In this document: one piece after another, positions 42,384 through 60,239 of the stretch
Numbering within the stretch: the first letter of the stretch is position 1
How the letters are laid out: the number at the start of each line of letters is the position of its first letter
Program-made: the position numbers and the translations under genes
Notes under the pieces: model-generated
The model's database searches: none
Seen by the model: only the letters and a program-made list of their open reading frames with translations
What the model was told of the DNA's origin: nothing
Origin: the human T2T-CHM13v2.0 reference genome, Homo sapiens
Assembly (NCBI RefSeq): GCF_009914755.1
Contig: NC_060940.1
Reading direction: 5' to 3' (one strand)
Length of the DNA stretch: 64,000 bases

Positions 42384-43644
42384 AGAGTTTTCCCCTAGTT
42401 TGAGCTCTAACTCCCACCCCTCAGCCACTGTGCAAGCTCAGATAAAAGTTACACGTCCTCTTGGTGCCTCGGTTTTCCCATCTCAAAAATGGGGCTGTTA
42501 TTGTCATCTGCCTGATATGATTCCTGTAAAAGTAAAACGAAATACATGTTTATGTGTCTGGCATATAAAGCACTCAATTTTTTTTATTCATTAAGCCCCT
42601 CATCCATTGATCTATTCATTAACTCATTTAACAATTGTATATTGAGCCCTCATTGATTTGTGGGATGAACCAACCTATTACTAGAAAAATCTAGCCTCCA
42701 AGTTATGAACCATGCTGTCAATGACTAAGTGATCATGAACTCAAAATATTTTGATGACAAGTTTAGGGTGAATTTGAAAATAAATTGCATACCCACTTTT
42801 TGCGAAATGACTGTTAGGTCAGCTTTCCTTCCCCCCTCACGTCGTGTGCAGACCAGACCCCTCTGGATCTGATCCCTCTGTCAGTCTCTGTCCCTCTAAA
42901 CAGCTGAATTTATCTTGAATTTAAATTGTGAAAAGTTAAGATGCATACAGTTGTTAAATTTCCAAACTTGATCTCTGCTCCCTCCTGCATTTTGAACCTA
43001 GCACGAAAGCATTTTCATCAGATGATCACCCGAGCTGTAGCTGGTGCTATACAATTCCATTCAGCACATAAAAACGCATTTCTTTCTGACTGCATTATAT
43101 TACATGACTTATTGAGCCATTTATCTCATGGTGTGGGGCCCAAGCTCTGTTTTATTGAAACTACAGAATCAAACGTCCATGTATCCAAGTATCCCTATAC
43201 CTTTGTGGGTGCTTATTTGGAGAGTTGTTCTTGTGAATGTTGGTGAGCTAAGTAGCCTTCCCTCTTCATTCTCCTGGGCTCATTGTGGATTCTACTGGAA
43301 ATTCTTCCAAAGGAGTTATTTTTATAGATGCACCCCCAACCCAAGTGGAATGATGGGATTGTATTGCCCTGATATTTGGCCTTGGCTGCAGAATACCCTG
43401 ATAATGAGGTGTTGCGGCACAGGAGGCCACGACTGTCTTGTCTAAGTTCAAACCCTAGCTCTCCGTTTGCCTACACTGTGACTTTGGGTTACCTTTATAA
43501 TCTGCCTGATCTTCAGTTTTCTCACTTGTAAAATAAATGGAGATGGTAATCATACTGATCTGAGAGTTTTCGAAAATAATAAATGAGCTAAAATATGTAC
43601 TAGTTTATAAGAGTGCTGTATACCTTAAAAGCATGTTTGCTATT

Positions 43645-43939
43645 ATTATTGTTATTTTCAAGACGGAGTCTTGCTGTGTCGCCCCGGCTGGAGTGTAGTG
43701 GCACAATCTCGGCTCACTGAACCTCCACCTCCCAGGTTTTAAGGAGTTCTCTGCCTCAGCATCCAGAGTAGATGGGACTACAAGTGCGTGACACCAGGCC
43801 TGGCTAATTTTTGTATTTTTAGTGGAGATGGGATTTCACTATCTTGGCCAGGCTGGTCTTGAAATCCTGAACCTTGTGATCCACCCATCTCTGCCTCCCA
43901 AAGTGTTCGGATTACAGGCGTGTGCCATTGCACCCAGCC
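43645..43939 (-). mobile_element. AluS at the 3' end of a MIR (~43440-43650)
   Basis: Diverged dimer with a (TTA)n tail. Confidence 0.9.
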
Positions 43940-45154
43940 TTATTATTTTTTATTATCTTTCTTACCTTTCTATAATCTTTTTATTTCTTCTGGGTACAGG
44001 AAAGGATAGAGACAATGAGATAAATTTTATTCATTGGTTCATCCATGTATCCAACATTTATTATGTGGTTGGCATGTACCATATATTACACAAGGGAATG
44101 AATATGAGATAAAGATAAAATCATAATATCACGTTGTATACCATAGATATATACAGTGTGTATTTGTCAATTTAAACAATCAATCAATCAATTCCTCCAA
44201 ATGAAAAAAAAATCACAGTCCTAATATTCACAATGTTGAATTTCCTGGGGAGACAGACATTTAACTTTTCATAGGCAAAGTAGGCTGCCTCCTCTCCTGC
44301 TTTGTATCCCATTCTCCAGTCTGACATATGCTCAAAAGGCCACTCAGCTTCTGAAATTCCACCGTTAAGTCACTTGAGTACAAGATGTACAGGCAGCTCC
44401 CGAGAGAAGCATGGGACGCCTGGTTTAAGTTCAAGTTACTCACTTAACCTTGAGCAAGACACTTCTTTGCTTTCTCCTCTTGAAAACTGGTAGGTGCCAT
44501 CGCTATCTGCACAGTCTACCATGCTAGAGCAGAATCTATTATACCGTGTCTAGAAAGAGCTTTGTAAACTCCAAAGTGACAATTCCAGTGTGACAAGCAG
44601 AACACCCTTGCGGGGTCCCGCTGGGAGAGGTGGAGGTTATGATAAAACAGGTTAGAACCATGGTGGGTATTTCTCTCTCATTCTGTTAAACTTGGGTTTG
44701 GCAACTTTTAAAAACCATTCTCCTTGATTCTAAAACTAGGTCCTAAGGGAACCTGTGAGATAACCTGCCGAACAGTCACCGAAAAGTATGGTGAAATTAG
44801 GAAAGCTAAAAGATAGGTGCTTTTCTGATGCTTCTTGCCTAAAGATGGAGAAAACTGGGGCAGGGAGGAAGGGTGCATCCTCTAAGTGGGGGAAATGGAA
44901 TTGTACAGTTTCAATTTGCTTAGAAGCTTAAGGTTTATCCATAGCCTCCTCCTCTTGACTCTATTGACTCTATTGAACCTATTTCTAGAGTGAGCTTCTC
45001 AATGGATTGCTATTAGAGGTTTGGATAGGACAGGGTAGGGCAGTTCTTTACAATGTAGTAAGTAACTATGCCAATAAATGCCAGTAGTAGGCCCAGCTCA
45101 GTCACTGTGACAACCTCAAACACCCACACATATTTACAAATGTTCTCTAGGAAA

Positions 45155-45368
45155 GGAATTGGCAAACTTTTTTCTGTAAAGATCCAAGCAGTAAATATTT
45201 TGGGCTTCATTGGCCATACGGACTCCGCCGCAACCATCAACTGTCTTATAGTGTGAAAGCAGACATAGACGTGTACACAAATGGATGTGGCTGTGTGCCA
45301 ATAAAACTTTATTTACAAGAACTGGTGGCAGGCTAGAATTGCCCTGTGGGCTATATTTGAAAGCCCCC
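45155..45368. mobile_element. MER58A hAT MITE, next to a MER20-like fragment (~44988-45147)
   Basis: ggcaaacttttttctgtaaag...gtaaatattttgggctt...ggctgtgtgccaataaaactttatttaca. Confidence 0.8.
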
Positions 45369-45485
45369 TTTTCTAGGGATTTGTGCCACCCATTGAAATT
45401 TTCTGTTCTAGAGGGAGAAAACTGGCCAGAAAAATGTGCTGGTTATCCTCTATGGCACTGATATCAGAAAATGGTGGATTCCTCA

Positions 45486-46185
<700 letters not shown>

Positions 46186-46235
46186 GAGATAGAAGAAGAC
46201 AGTGTCAGGATGGGGGATTTTATATTGATTGCTTA

Positions 46236-46755
46236 CTATGTTAGGGTTCTCCAGGGAAACAGAACCAATGGGAGATACTGAATGTGTGAGAGTGTGGGTA
46301 TGTGTATGCATGCATGTGCGTTCCTGTTATGAAGAATTGGCTTACATAATTACAGAGGCTGAGAAGTCCTACAACCTAACCAGCAATCTGGAGACTCATG
46401 AAAACAGGTGGTATAATTCAGCCTAAGTCAAAAGACCCAAACCAGGGAAGCTGATGTTGTAAATCCCAGTTGGAGGGTATGAGAAGATGAACTGAGATGT
46501 TTCAGCTCAAGCAGGGATGCAAGGAAGAAGAGGGTGAATTCCTCTTTCCTCTGCCTTTTGTTCTATGTAGGCCCTCCATGGATTGGATGACATCACCCAC
46601 ACGGGTGAGGGTCATTCACTTTGTCGAGTCCACTGATTTAAATACTCTTTGCATCCCCCCAAACACCCTCATGGACACACCCAGAAGTAATATTTCACCA
46701 AATATCTTAGCATTCCCTAATCCAGGCAAGCAGACAGATAAGATTAACTGTCACA
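46236..46755 (-). mobile_element. MLT2-family (HERV-L) LTR
   Basis: ttagggttctccagggaaacagaaccaatggga...gaggctgagaagtcc...attaactgtcaca. Confidence 0.8.
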
Positions 46756-47595
46756 CCCTCTTTACTTAAATATTTTTAAATTGTGATACGATTTACATGC
46801 AAAAACACACAATATTTACATATAATTTACATAAAATAAAATTCGGCTCTTGAAGATACAGTTCAGTGAGGTTTTGATAGAAATGCACCTGTGTAACTAT
46901 CTTTTCAATCTATGTATAAGATATCTCTCTCCTCCCAGAAACTATCTTTTCGCTGCTTAGCAATCTAGTTTGTACCAATCTGTGGTAACCATGTTTTGAT
47001 TTCTGTTTCTACAGATTAATTGTGCCTGTTTCTTAAATTTATGTATGAGGGTTATATGGTGTATATAGAGATTTTTTCTTGTTTTGAGTATTTCATTAAA
47101 TAAAAGATGCATATCAATAATATAGGAAAAGTGGATAGAAAAAAATCACCCTCATCCCGTTATCCAGACATCACGTCTGTTTTCATCGTGGTAAATTCTC
47201 TTCCAGCTCTGACCCATTCATGCTCATATTTTAACATAATTGTTTTCAGACTTTACACACCATTTCCCCTGCTTTTTAAAAATTTAATGATACCCCAGGC
47301 ACATTTCCCTTGTTTCCATGGAATGACTTTAATGATTGTTTAATGGTTGTCTAAAATTCCAGCCTGCTGATGTGCCAAAACTTACCAAAAACCTCCCTTG
47401 TCACGAAGAGGCAGGATAGTATAGGTATGTTCCCAGGGGGCAGGCTCCCTAGTGCATATTTTGGCTCTGTGTCTTGGTTGCTCATCTACAAAGTAAGGAT
47501 CATAATGGGATTGTTGTGGCTTTCATGTGTGCATCCCCTCCACAAATTCATACATGGAAATCCTAGCCCCCAAGGTTTTGGTATTAGGAGGTAAG

Positions 47596-48328
<733 letters not shown>

Positions 48329-48874
48329 GTAAGGCCTTTCAGGGGTAATTAAATCATGAGCATGGTGTCCTTATGAATTGGATTAGTGCCCTTTTGGAAG
48401 AGGCCCCAGAGAGCTGCCTTGGTTTTTCTGCCATGTGAGGACATGGCGCATAGACACCATCTATGAACCAGGAGGTAAGTCCTTCCCTCACCAGACACTG
48501 AATCTCCCGGTGCGTTGATCTTGGATTTCCAGCCTCAGAGCTTTGAGCAACAGATTTCTCTTGTTTATAAGCTACCCAGTGTATGGTATTTTGTCATAGC
48601 AGCCCAAACAGACTAAGACAGGGAGGGACCTACTTCACTGGGTTGTTGTGGGGATTAAATGAGCTCTTTTGTGTCAACATTGTTAGCCATCCAGTGTTGT
48701 GTAGATAGTGGTGTCACACATACATAAAGGCATGCAACTTTTACCTTCCACGGATTTATTTTTCTGGGATAAATTCCCAGGACGGGTGTTAAAGAGACGG
48801 GACATTCAACGGTCCTTGCTATGTGGTATCTCTTTCCCCTGTTCTCTTCTCAGTGAAGGCACTACCTCAGTGGG

Positions 48875-49050
48875 ATTGCAGTATGTTCAACCTCAACTAA
48901 GGAACTTAAATGGTATGTGGCAGGACATTTACCAAAGAGCTTGGTAGAGACAAAAGAGAGGTGGAGCTGGCTCAAAACTATCCAATTCTGAGCTTCTGCA
49001 TCCCTTCCAGGCATGGGGGTGGTGGGGCAGGAAATGAAGCTACTTTGTTT
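48875..49050 (+). repeat. Copy 1 of a ~170-bp local direct repeat
   Basis: About 80-85% identical by eye to 51498-51661. Confidence 0.85.
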
Positions 49051-49139
49051 CCAAGGCCCCACCGCCATCCTTGACGATCCTTCCATTTTCTGTCCTACCT
49101 TCTGTATATTATCAGGGTCTCTGCATGGTGTCTTCAATT

Positions 49140-49464
<325 letters not shown>

Positions 49465-50492
49465 AAGATGTCTGCAACTTCCTGAAAAAATCTGCCTCTC
49501 TTCATTCCCACTGTCATTACGTTAGACCACATCACCTCAGCTGACATCACCTTGCTTGTGGATTACTGAAACCACCCCCCATTTCCATTCCCTACCTTCA
49601 TGCTCACCTCCTTACCTCCTTCTCTTGCCATTTCTCCATTGGACCACCAGAGCTTTCCTTTCATTAGGATCCTTGGATCATGTCATTCCCTGAATTGGTC
49701 CTACTGCCCTTTGGATGATCCAAAACCCTTAAGATGCTTTGCAAGGCCCTTGGTGATTCAGACTTTGCTTATATTGCTCCACCTCTCACCCCAGAAGACA
49801 CCTGCCTCCACTGTGTTCTCTCTGCCCTTCAAATGAAGTATGCATAGTCTTTCTCACCTTTTTGGACTTCTCTACTCCTTCCTCTCTTGCTCCTGCTCAG
49901 CCTTGAGATTCCAGCTTGTCTCTTAGCTCTGGGAAAAATGAACCTCTGACCTCCCAAGTCCAGGATGGGGGCCCTTCCAGCTGTCCCTTGATAACGTCCA
50001 TTCCTCTGCTGCTCATGTAGCACTTTGCTCACTGCTGCTTCTTGGTGTGTCTCTACCACTAGGAGGGACCCTGTGTTTATGCAGAGTTGAAATAGTGACA
50101 AGAGAGTGTAACGAAGGCCAGGATAAGGAGATGTGCCGTGTGTCAGGGTGTGTTTCTGCCTCGAGAGGGTTCTGCACTACCCCAGTGTGGGGAACAGAGC
50201 TTGCTCTGTGGATGATCTCTTCATTTTTCCAAGACCTCTGCACCTGTCTTGGTCCTACAGTGAGGTTCATTCTCCTTAGCATGCCCACTGCCCTCATCCC
50301 AAATCTGGACATCATCCCTGACAGTGCCTCTTTCCTGCTTTCACCAGGCTGGTCATACTCATTACAGCCATTTCACATTTGACTGGCTTCATGTCAGACT
50401 CTTAATGAGATGACAGTGAGAAATTGGTGTTTGACCTCATCAGAGAGTGATGGGAGGGAAGGAAGTGAAAGAGGTCTGAAAGGTAGAATGAA

Positions 50493-50786
50493 GCCGGGCA
50501 TGGCAGCTTGCGCCTGTAATCCCAGCACTTTGGGAGGTCAAGGTGGGTGGGTCACTTGAGGTCAGGAGATCGAGACCAGCCTGGCCAACATGGTGAAACC
50601 CCATCTCTACTAAAAACACAAAGATTAACTGGGCGCGGTGGCAGATGCCTGTAATCTCAGCTCCTTGGGAGGCTGAGGCAGGAGAATTGCTTAAACAGGA
50701 GGTGGAGGTTGCAGTGTGCTGAGATTGCGCCACTGCATTCCAGCCTGGGAAACAGAGTGAGATACTGTCTCCCAAAAAAATAATAA
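50493..50786 (+). mobile_element. AluS
   Basis: Full dimer with an A-rich tail. Confidence 0.92.
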
Positions 50787-51497
50787 CACAGGAGGAGCTC
50801 ATAGCATTTCTTTTTGTGAAGAAGACTTTGTAATGACTCCACAGGGCCCTTTCACTGGGAGAAAAGGGAACAGGTGAGCACACCAAGGACACTGTTTAGG
50901 ATTGTGCAGCTTGGGGATCTGTTCATCATAAGCATCAGAGGTGTCCTCCAGTGCACACAGAAGTGCCTCACAGTGAATTAGACAGAAGACCAATGATGTT
51001 TCCTGGCAATGAAGTGAATAAAGACTTTATGCCCTAGGACATCCATTGTAAGCCTCTCTACAAACTGGTCATCTGAATAATAAAGTCACTGTAGTTTGCA
51101 GTGGGCTTACCTCATGCTTAGCCATGAGGGGATGACACTGTATAAACCTGACCCCATACTCAAGGACAGTATGGTTTAAGTGGGTAGGATGGGATACCCC
51201 ACAGACAAAACACATACAGTGATAAGTAAGTATATGTGAATGCTGAAGAGGAGGAATGTGAATGAGAGCTTTGTAGAAAAGGTGACAAAGAGCTGGATCT
51301 CGCAGAGAGGGTTTGGCAGCATGGAGGGAACAGGAAGGCGAGCCCAGGAGAGGGTGACACCACCAGCAAAGGGGGTCAAGAAGTAATGAGTTTGGAACAG
51401 TCAAGCCTCCATGAGGATCATTTCCCAAGGTGTTCCTGTAAAGGGCACACGTTGACAAGAGGTAGCAAACATAGTTGGAAAGGAAGAATGCATTGCA

Positions 51498-51661
51498 ATT
51501 GCAGTGTTCCAAGTCAACTAAGGAACTTAGATGTTATGTGGCAGGTCATTCACTGAAGATTTGGGCAGAGACAAGAGAGAGGCAGAGCTGGGCTCCAGAC
51601 TGTTCAATTCTGAGTTTCTGCATCCCTTCCAGCGGGGGCAGGAAATGAAGCGACCTTGTTT
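51498..51661 (+). repeat. Copy 2 of the ~170-bp local direct repeat
   Basis: tcaactaaggaactta...caattctgag(c/t)ttctgcatcccttccag...ggggcaggaaatgaagc shared with 48875-49050. Confidence 0.85.
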
Positions 51662-51950
51662 ACACCTATAGAATGGGGTAAATATAAATGATTGACTTGT
51701 AGGGGTGTTGAAAAGATTGTCTGTGAGCCCTTCTTCCTAGGCGGAGATTCGACTGCTGAAAACATCATACCTGGAGAGTGACATCTGGCCATGCTGGAGG
51801 TTGCTCCCAGGACTGCATCCTGAATATCTGCTGTTGGCCGGTAGTTTATTTACCCTGGATGGAGAGAAGAAATGACAGCATATGTCACCCTTTCCATTTA
51901 GAACCTCATTTTTAAATTGTATTAACTGCTGTCCTTATTGGAGACATTTA

Positions 51951-52346
<396 letters not shown>

Positions 52347-53559
52347 TCAGCGAGTGTAAGACACACACATACACATACACATTCACACACACACACAGCA
52401 TCCCGAGAGTGACGTTGTCAGTGACAGGCACATGCTTTTCTACCCACCTCCCAAGTTATTAGGAAAATTATAAGTTAAAAATCTAAGAGGCCCCAAAAGC
52501 AATTCAGACCTGTGAAAAGCCCCCATCCTGTTGCACCCCATATGTAAGGCTTTCCTGTGTCTCAGGAAGATAGAAGCCTCTTTCAAGACATTTTCTCCTG
52601 CCTACCCTATGTGGGAGTCAATGCTCTTCCACTTCCAGCTGATTCTGATGGGATAGACAAGCAGTCCAAACTAGTGAAAAGTTTGAATGTCCTGGAGTCC
52701 TTGTGCACAAACCCTTCCCTCTCTCTCCCTCTTCCTCTCTCTCACACAGCACCAAGTAAGAAGGCCTGTCTGTGTAAGGAGGATTCATCAAAATCTCTAA
52801 TTAAATACATGGCAGCTGGTGAATTGAAGCATTTGTCTTAGCTCTGCCATCCTATAATACCTTATAATCCTGGGAGCCCAAAGTATGAATTAATTATAAT
52901 TTCTGAAAACCCAGGGAGCCAGGAGCATCAGGGAGGGAGGTGTGGTGAAGGAGAGGCTGTGTGTGGTGACAGTAAATGCTTCTGAGAAAGGGACAGAGAC
53001 ATCCTTGTGTTGACTTACAAGAGGCCACTTTGGGAGGTCTACAAGCCCGCATATTTGTGTATATTTATATGAGTGTGTGTGTATGAGAGTGTGCATGGGC
53101 ATGTATGGGTGTGTATGTATTTGGAGTCAAGTTTTAAGATGTTACTATAGGGCATTTAACGTGTTAGTTTCATCATCATCATCGTCATCATCATCACTAG
53201 TACTGGCACTAGTATTTTACCAGCTACTGAGAGCTTATTATTGTTCTCTTTTGGTTAAGCTTTTTCCCCAGTCGTATCTTGTTCATGACTCATGACTATG
53301 CATTATTTATACAGTTAGTATCGCACTTCTCTTGATAAGAAGATAGAAGCTCAAAAATGTTAAATAATCTGCCATAAGTTCCCAGGCTCACAAGTGTCTA
53401 AGCCAGTGCTCAAGTCCTAATCTGATCTCAAGATGTCTCCTTCTAACCGCCAGGCCAACCTTCCTGAATTCACCATACACCATGACTAGGTACGCAGATT
53501 ATAGACTTGGATAAGAGATAATTTCTACCTTAAGGAAGTGAGCCTGCAGTGTATGGGCT

Positions 53560-53935
53560 GTGCTAGCTGCGGCAATGGTGGCTGCTATAACAGATAGACC
53601 TCTACACCTCACGGGCTTCATGCAGGAAAAGTTTATTTCTCTCCCATGTGATGTGTGACCATGACTGTGGGTGTGGAGCTGGCACCCAACCCTTGTGGTT
53701 ATTCGGGACTCCAGGCTGCTACCACTCAGCAGGCCTTCCTCCATCTTCAGCATTTGACCTCCAAGGGAAAAGAGTGCGAGGGTCTCACATGGAGAATTTG
53801 GACAGGCTGGACCTGAAAGTGACAAATAGCCCTTCTTCCACGCCCACATCATCCACCAAAGGTCAGTTGCATGGCCATGCCTTGTGGCCTGTGAGCTGGG
53901 AAGTGGAGCCCAGTTGTGTAACCAGGAAGAATACA
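53560..53935 (-). mobile_element. MLT1J/I-like ancient LTR
   Basis: gctgctataacaga...aaagtttatttctctc...gctgggaagtggag...aaccaggaagaa. Confidence 0.55.
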
Positions 53936-54361
53936 AGAATGACCCGTATATGGGAAAGGCTTGCCAGAGGGAGAAACCCCTGCATTTTCCATTGTCCAAG
54001 GCGCAGAGACCGTACAGAGAAGGATGGGGCCGTAGGAATGGCTTTGGCTTTGTTTGTGCCTCCTTCCACTCCAGAAACAGGAGCTCAAAGAAAAAAAAAA
54101 TAGCTGCAATACAACTGTTGATGAAGATGCAAGGAAAACAATATGCTGAAAAAAAAAAAAAAGGACTCAGAATGTTCAGAAATGTAGCACATGTGGTAAA
54201 ATGGAATAGGGACCTTGATGCTTACAGGGTTTGGGGTTTGATCCTGGGCCTACCAGGCAAAAAACATTTCTTACCCTCCCTAAGCCTCGTCTCCCTCCTG
54301 GATGAAGACAACAATACCTACTCCACAGGGGCTGCCATGGAAATGAAAGAGATGAGAGTGA

Positions 54362-54805
<444 letters not shown>

Positions 54806-55968
54806 TTCTTTATTTTAATTTGTCACGCATGACTCAGCTAGATCATTAAATAGCACATACTTAAGTAAATATTCACTAAACTGTAGCCAACTATCTTTTG
54901 TATTTTCTATCGCACTAAAAAATGTAGCTCTAACTGATAAAAAGATCAATGCAATGCTATTAATAATTATATCATCTTAACAGACATCATTTGTTGAGTG
55001 ATGACTCACCAGGAGTCATTATTTTAAGGCCTTTACATGCAATTGCTTTTTAATTCTTACAGCAATCCTAGGATCTGGGTACTAATATTATCCCCCTGGG
55101 ATCTTGGCCAGGAGGGCTGGGTAATGGTCTATCGTGTTCATGCCTCTGTTCTCACTGCCTGGCACAGTAACTGACAGGCAGGCAGCACACAAAAGTCTGT
55201 GTGGGTGAATGGGTGACTCTCCAGGTTCCAGGAACAAGGGGTCTTAAGTTACTTGACTTCCCCAAGGTCACACTATAGCAAGTATTAGAGCTGAATGCAA
55301 ATTCACATCTGGCTAACCACAGACTGCATTCTAGAGAGTAGAAAAAAATTAGCACACACACACAAAAACCCTCACATGTTGGACATCATGTATTCAAAAG
55401 TAAGCAATGCAATAAGCATATGACATGTTTGATCTGAATATCCTTTGCTTGGTTTCCACTTAAGGCCACTTTGCTCTCTGGAAATAAAGAGGTGGAGAAA
55501 ATGGCAATTGTCACTGTCATCCTTATGGAGGTTTTGGGAAGAACCAGCAAGATGACTGAGGCCACCCTCCAGACTTCTTGGCGTTGCCTCTGGGGCTTGG
55601 AGGTCCTTTGTACACCAGAGACTTTGAGGATGACTTTGGCAGGGCGCTGGCTCTCCCCTGCAACCCAGGCACCCTGCAGAAGTTGTGTCTTTGCCTATAA
55701 AGCAAGCAAATTGGATGGGATGATTTCTTATTCCCTTAAGAGCTAGTTATCGTGGATAAGTGATTTTAAAGCCCGGGACCCCAGTCTAAGGGGCTGATAA
55801 AAGAGAACGTGGGACAAGGCCAATTTTCAAGTGATGTGTGTATGCTGCTGGCACTGAATGGCTTCTCTGTAAATGGTCAGTTCTGTTGTTATTCCTGTTC
55901 CAGCCCTCTGTAATCCCTTTCTAAGTTCTCTTAGATACACTAGAGAGACAACATCACAGCTACATATA

Positions 55969-56708
<740 letters not shown>

Positions 56709-57367
56709 TACTTCCCGTTTTCCAAACCTCAGGCTATGTCCAGGTGTCAGTAGGGAACCCACATGTCTCCATGACTTCCTTTCTCTCTGGCTGGTCTCAC
56801 TTTTCTCTAAACTTGCACTTCAGCCTCTGAGAAGTGCTTAGAGAGGCCAGGAGCCCAGCCCTGCTGTGCTGACCGGCTCCTTTTGCCCACCGTGGGCAGC
56901 CCTGGCTGCCTCTGCTTCTCCCCTGGCCCGCCTCCGAAACTCAGCTTAACCGTGTTTGTTTCTGTCTTTTCTTGTTTTGTCAACATGCCATTGAAAAGGA
57001 AATGCAAACCTGAGCCTTGATTAGAAATCTCCCTTGGTGAAGATTTACCCTGATTTTCAATTCAGCCCGTTGGCATGGGTGCTGGGGGACCGGCTTCATG
57101 CCGCTAAGAGGTCCAGGAAGCTGATGTGGCACTGGCCAGAGTCCTGAATCAGAGGTGTTGGCACAAGCCATGTTGCCTTCCTGAGAAGAGGTGGGCGTCC
57201 CTCCCTCTTCAGCCCCCAGGCCCCTCTCTTCACCTCCTCATCTTACCCACTACTCAAGAGCAGTGCTCACAAAGCAGTGAGGAACCCGGTACTTGCAGGG
57301 GATGCTGGAGGGCCCAGACTGGTCACCCCATTGGGAGACTTTCCAGGCTGGGAGGGAGCCTGGATCT

Positions 57368-57465
57368 ATGTACATGTGCCTTCGTGTGTGTGTGTGCATG
57401 CATGCATGTGTGTATGTGCATGTGCATGTGTGTGTGAGTGTGCATTGCATGCGTGCATGTGCAAG
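57368..57465. repeat. (TG)n/(TGCA)n purine-pyrimidine microsatellite
   Basis: Direct reading; similar (CA/GT)n tracts at 52361-52397 and 58146-58176. Confidence 0.9.
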
Positions 57466-57874
57466 TGTTCATTTGCACATACTCACAAATGTACTGGGAG
57501 ACTGGAATCCAGCACGTTCTCCCTGATCCTCACATTATAAACCTGTGTGATCTTGGGTGAGCCATTTAAGCTCTCTGTGCTTCATTTTTTGGGAGAGTTA
57601 ATATGTAAAATCATGAAACTGCAAGGTGTTGGACAAACCTCTTAACTGATCTGAACTTCACTTTTTTGCATTTCTGTGGTCATTTGTGGTTAAGGGAATG
57701 AGCATTTGGAGCCTCGACCTTGACATTTAATTCCAGTACATCTGTGGTGTTGGGCATATGATTTAATCTCTTGGGGCTTTTTCTTTATCCGTAAAGTGAG
57801 CACAGTAACAATCTCTAAGTCATGGGGTTATACTGAGCATTGCATGGAAACGTACAGAAAACACTTACAAAATG

Positions 57875-58025
57875 GTCCTTCTTCCCCTTTCTTTTTCCTT
57901 CTCTTCCTCCTCTTTGTTTCCCTCCTTCACCTTCCCTTCCATCTTCACCTTCACCTCCTTTTTTTCCTCATCCTTTACTAATTCCTCGTCCTCTTCCATC
58001 ATTATTATCATCATTGCCTTCATCT
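57875..58025. repeat. CT-rich low-complexity tract
   Basis: Direct reading. Confidence 0.8.
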
Positions 58026-58934
58026 CATTATGAGGCCAAATTCAATTATGTACCTGAAAGCACTGTGTGATCTATAAAATATTACAAACACCAAAATGTC
58101 TGTGATACCAGAGGCACACTCACCTTATGTGAAACTCAATGCCAGCGTGCGTGTGTGTGTGTGTGTGTGGTGTGTGCAGCCTTTCAGATTTGCTCATTGG
58201 AGAGGTATAGCTGTCGGGCAGGTCAGATGTTGTGTGTCAAGGCATGTGGTGAGCAAAATGAGTTTGCCTGTGGATGGGGGATGCAGCTGGAGGAGTCGGG
58301 CAGCCCAGCAGGAGGGGAGCCAAGAAGAACACCTTAATGATGGCTTAAGAAACTTACAAATAAAGCTGAGGTTCCTAATGTTTAATTTCAAGTGACTGAA
58401 CATTAACATTTAATTAACTCCTGACTGCTAAACCAATATTAAATCTAGGCAGAGGCTAGTGGCATCTCTTATGTATTAGCCGCCAAGAGGCTGCAATCCT
58501 ACTATGGCGACATTCGGCAAGATGGAAGCTACCCCATCACATGGGATCCCAGTCTACACACTGTCTGTGGAATTCCCCAGGCACACACCCACTCTCATCT
58601 CACTGGGTCTTGAGAAGGAGTCACATTCAAGCCAACATGCCTTGGCTCAAAATCTAACTTTTCTTCTCCCCAGTTGTATGACTTTGGCCAAGCTGCTTAA
58701 ATTATTCCATCTCAGTTTCTCATGTGGAGAATGGGAAAAGAAATACCTACCTTATTATATTGTTTCTGTAGATCAGTAGCGATGGATCTGAAACACCTCA
58801 CGAAAGGCCTAACCCATAAATGTCAAGAAATGATTCTACGTCAGTTTCATATCCCCCCTCTCCCTATTACTATGCCCAGTGACACTTGGTTCCTGTTAAG
58901 GACCAAGATCTGTTCCACCTTATTGTCTTCCACT

Positions 58935-59229
58935 TCTTCCTTCTTCTTTTTTTTTTTCTTGAAACAAGGTCTTACTCTGTTACCCTGGCTGGAGTGCAGT
59001 GGCGAGATCATGGCTCATTGCTGTGTCAATCTTCTGGGCTCAAGTGATCCTCCTGCCTCAGCCTCCCAAGTAGTGGGACCACAGGCACCTACCACCGTGC
59101 GTGGCTAAATTTTTAATTTTTTGTGGAGATGGGGTATTGCTATGGTTGTGAATTCCTGGGCTCAAACAATCCTCCTGCCTTGGCCTCCCAAAGTGCTAGG
59201 ATTACAGACATGAACCACTGTGCCTAGCC
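58935..59229 (-). mobile_element. AluJ with a small internal deletion
   Basis: gagatcatggctcattgc and ctgggctcaagtgatcctcc J diagnostics; lacks ttgcccaggctggtc. Confidence 0.9.
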
Positions 59230-60239
59230 TGGTCTTCAATATGTTGTTTCCTTGACCTGGAATTCTTTCCCCTCCTTACCCCTGACCACTCTTCTTCCAA
59301 ATCCTAACTCAAATATCATTTCTTCAAGAAGCCTTCTCTGGCCTCCTAAATAGATCCATTTCCCCCATTATATACATTCATATATCCCTCCTAACTTTTG
59401 ACTTTAGACCTGGAAGATAAACAATCCCATTCTCCCCTTCTGTTTACATTCATTGGGGAAGGATTTGCTTTTTTTCACTGATTTGCAAAGCCATTAGAGC
59501 CTCACAGTCTCTGTTGCATTTTCTAATGACTTAGTTCTTTTGTTTACTCTACTGGAGATAGGTCGACAACACTCACCAGTTGCATCAATAGTCCCCACCT
59601 TTTCAAAGACTTTGGCAGTACAGTTGGGTTTTCCCATTTGCATAGGGCTGTGCAATGCATTGTAGATTTCCATAGCAGTTGAATCTAGTGCATTTTCAGC
59701 TTGTAGATTGGGGGAAGGGAGGACTTCTGTCACTTTGTGAAGGCATGGTTGAATTTTGGTGAGCTGTTTTGGAAGGTCATAAGCAGCTCAAGACTGGGCT
59801 CAGGAATAGTAAAACCCTGATGTCAAGTGGATCCACCCACTTCTGAGGCTGGGTTCTGAAATGCACAGATCTGGATCTGGAAGGAAGTGGATGTGGCCCA
59901 CATGGGTGAAATCTGGAGCATGGAAGAAGGAAACATGTTATGGGAAAGAGGCAGTTTTTGCCAAGCTATGGCCACGAGCAAGGAATCAGGAATGAGTTGC
60001 TCAATCCAGGATCTGGACCAAATAAATCCACAGTGATCAAGTATCCAGGGTTTGTGATATGATCAGTGGCCTCAAAAGCATCACATGGGGTCAGAGAGAG
60101 GAACAGGAGTGGTGGTGGCATCATAGATGACATTTCCAAGATGGGATGGAATGAGTTGGATCCCAGGGATGAAGCAGGGCTGTATCGGTGGTGTCTCCAC
60201 ACCCTGATGATGATGATGATGATGATGGTGACAGCAATA

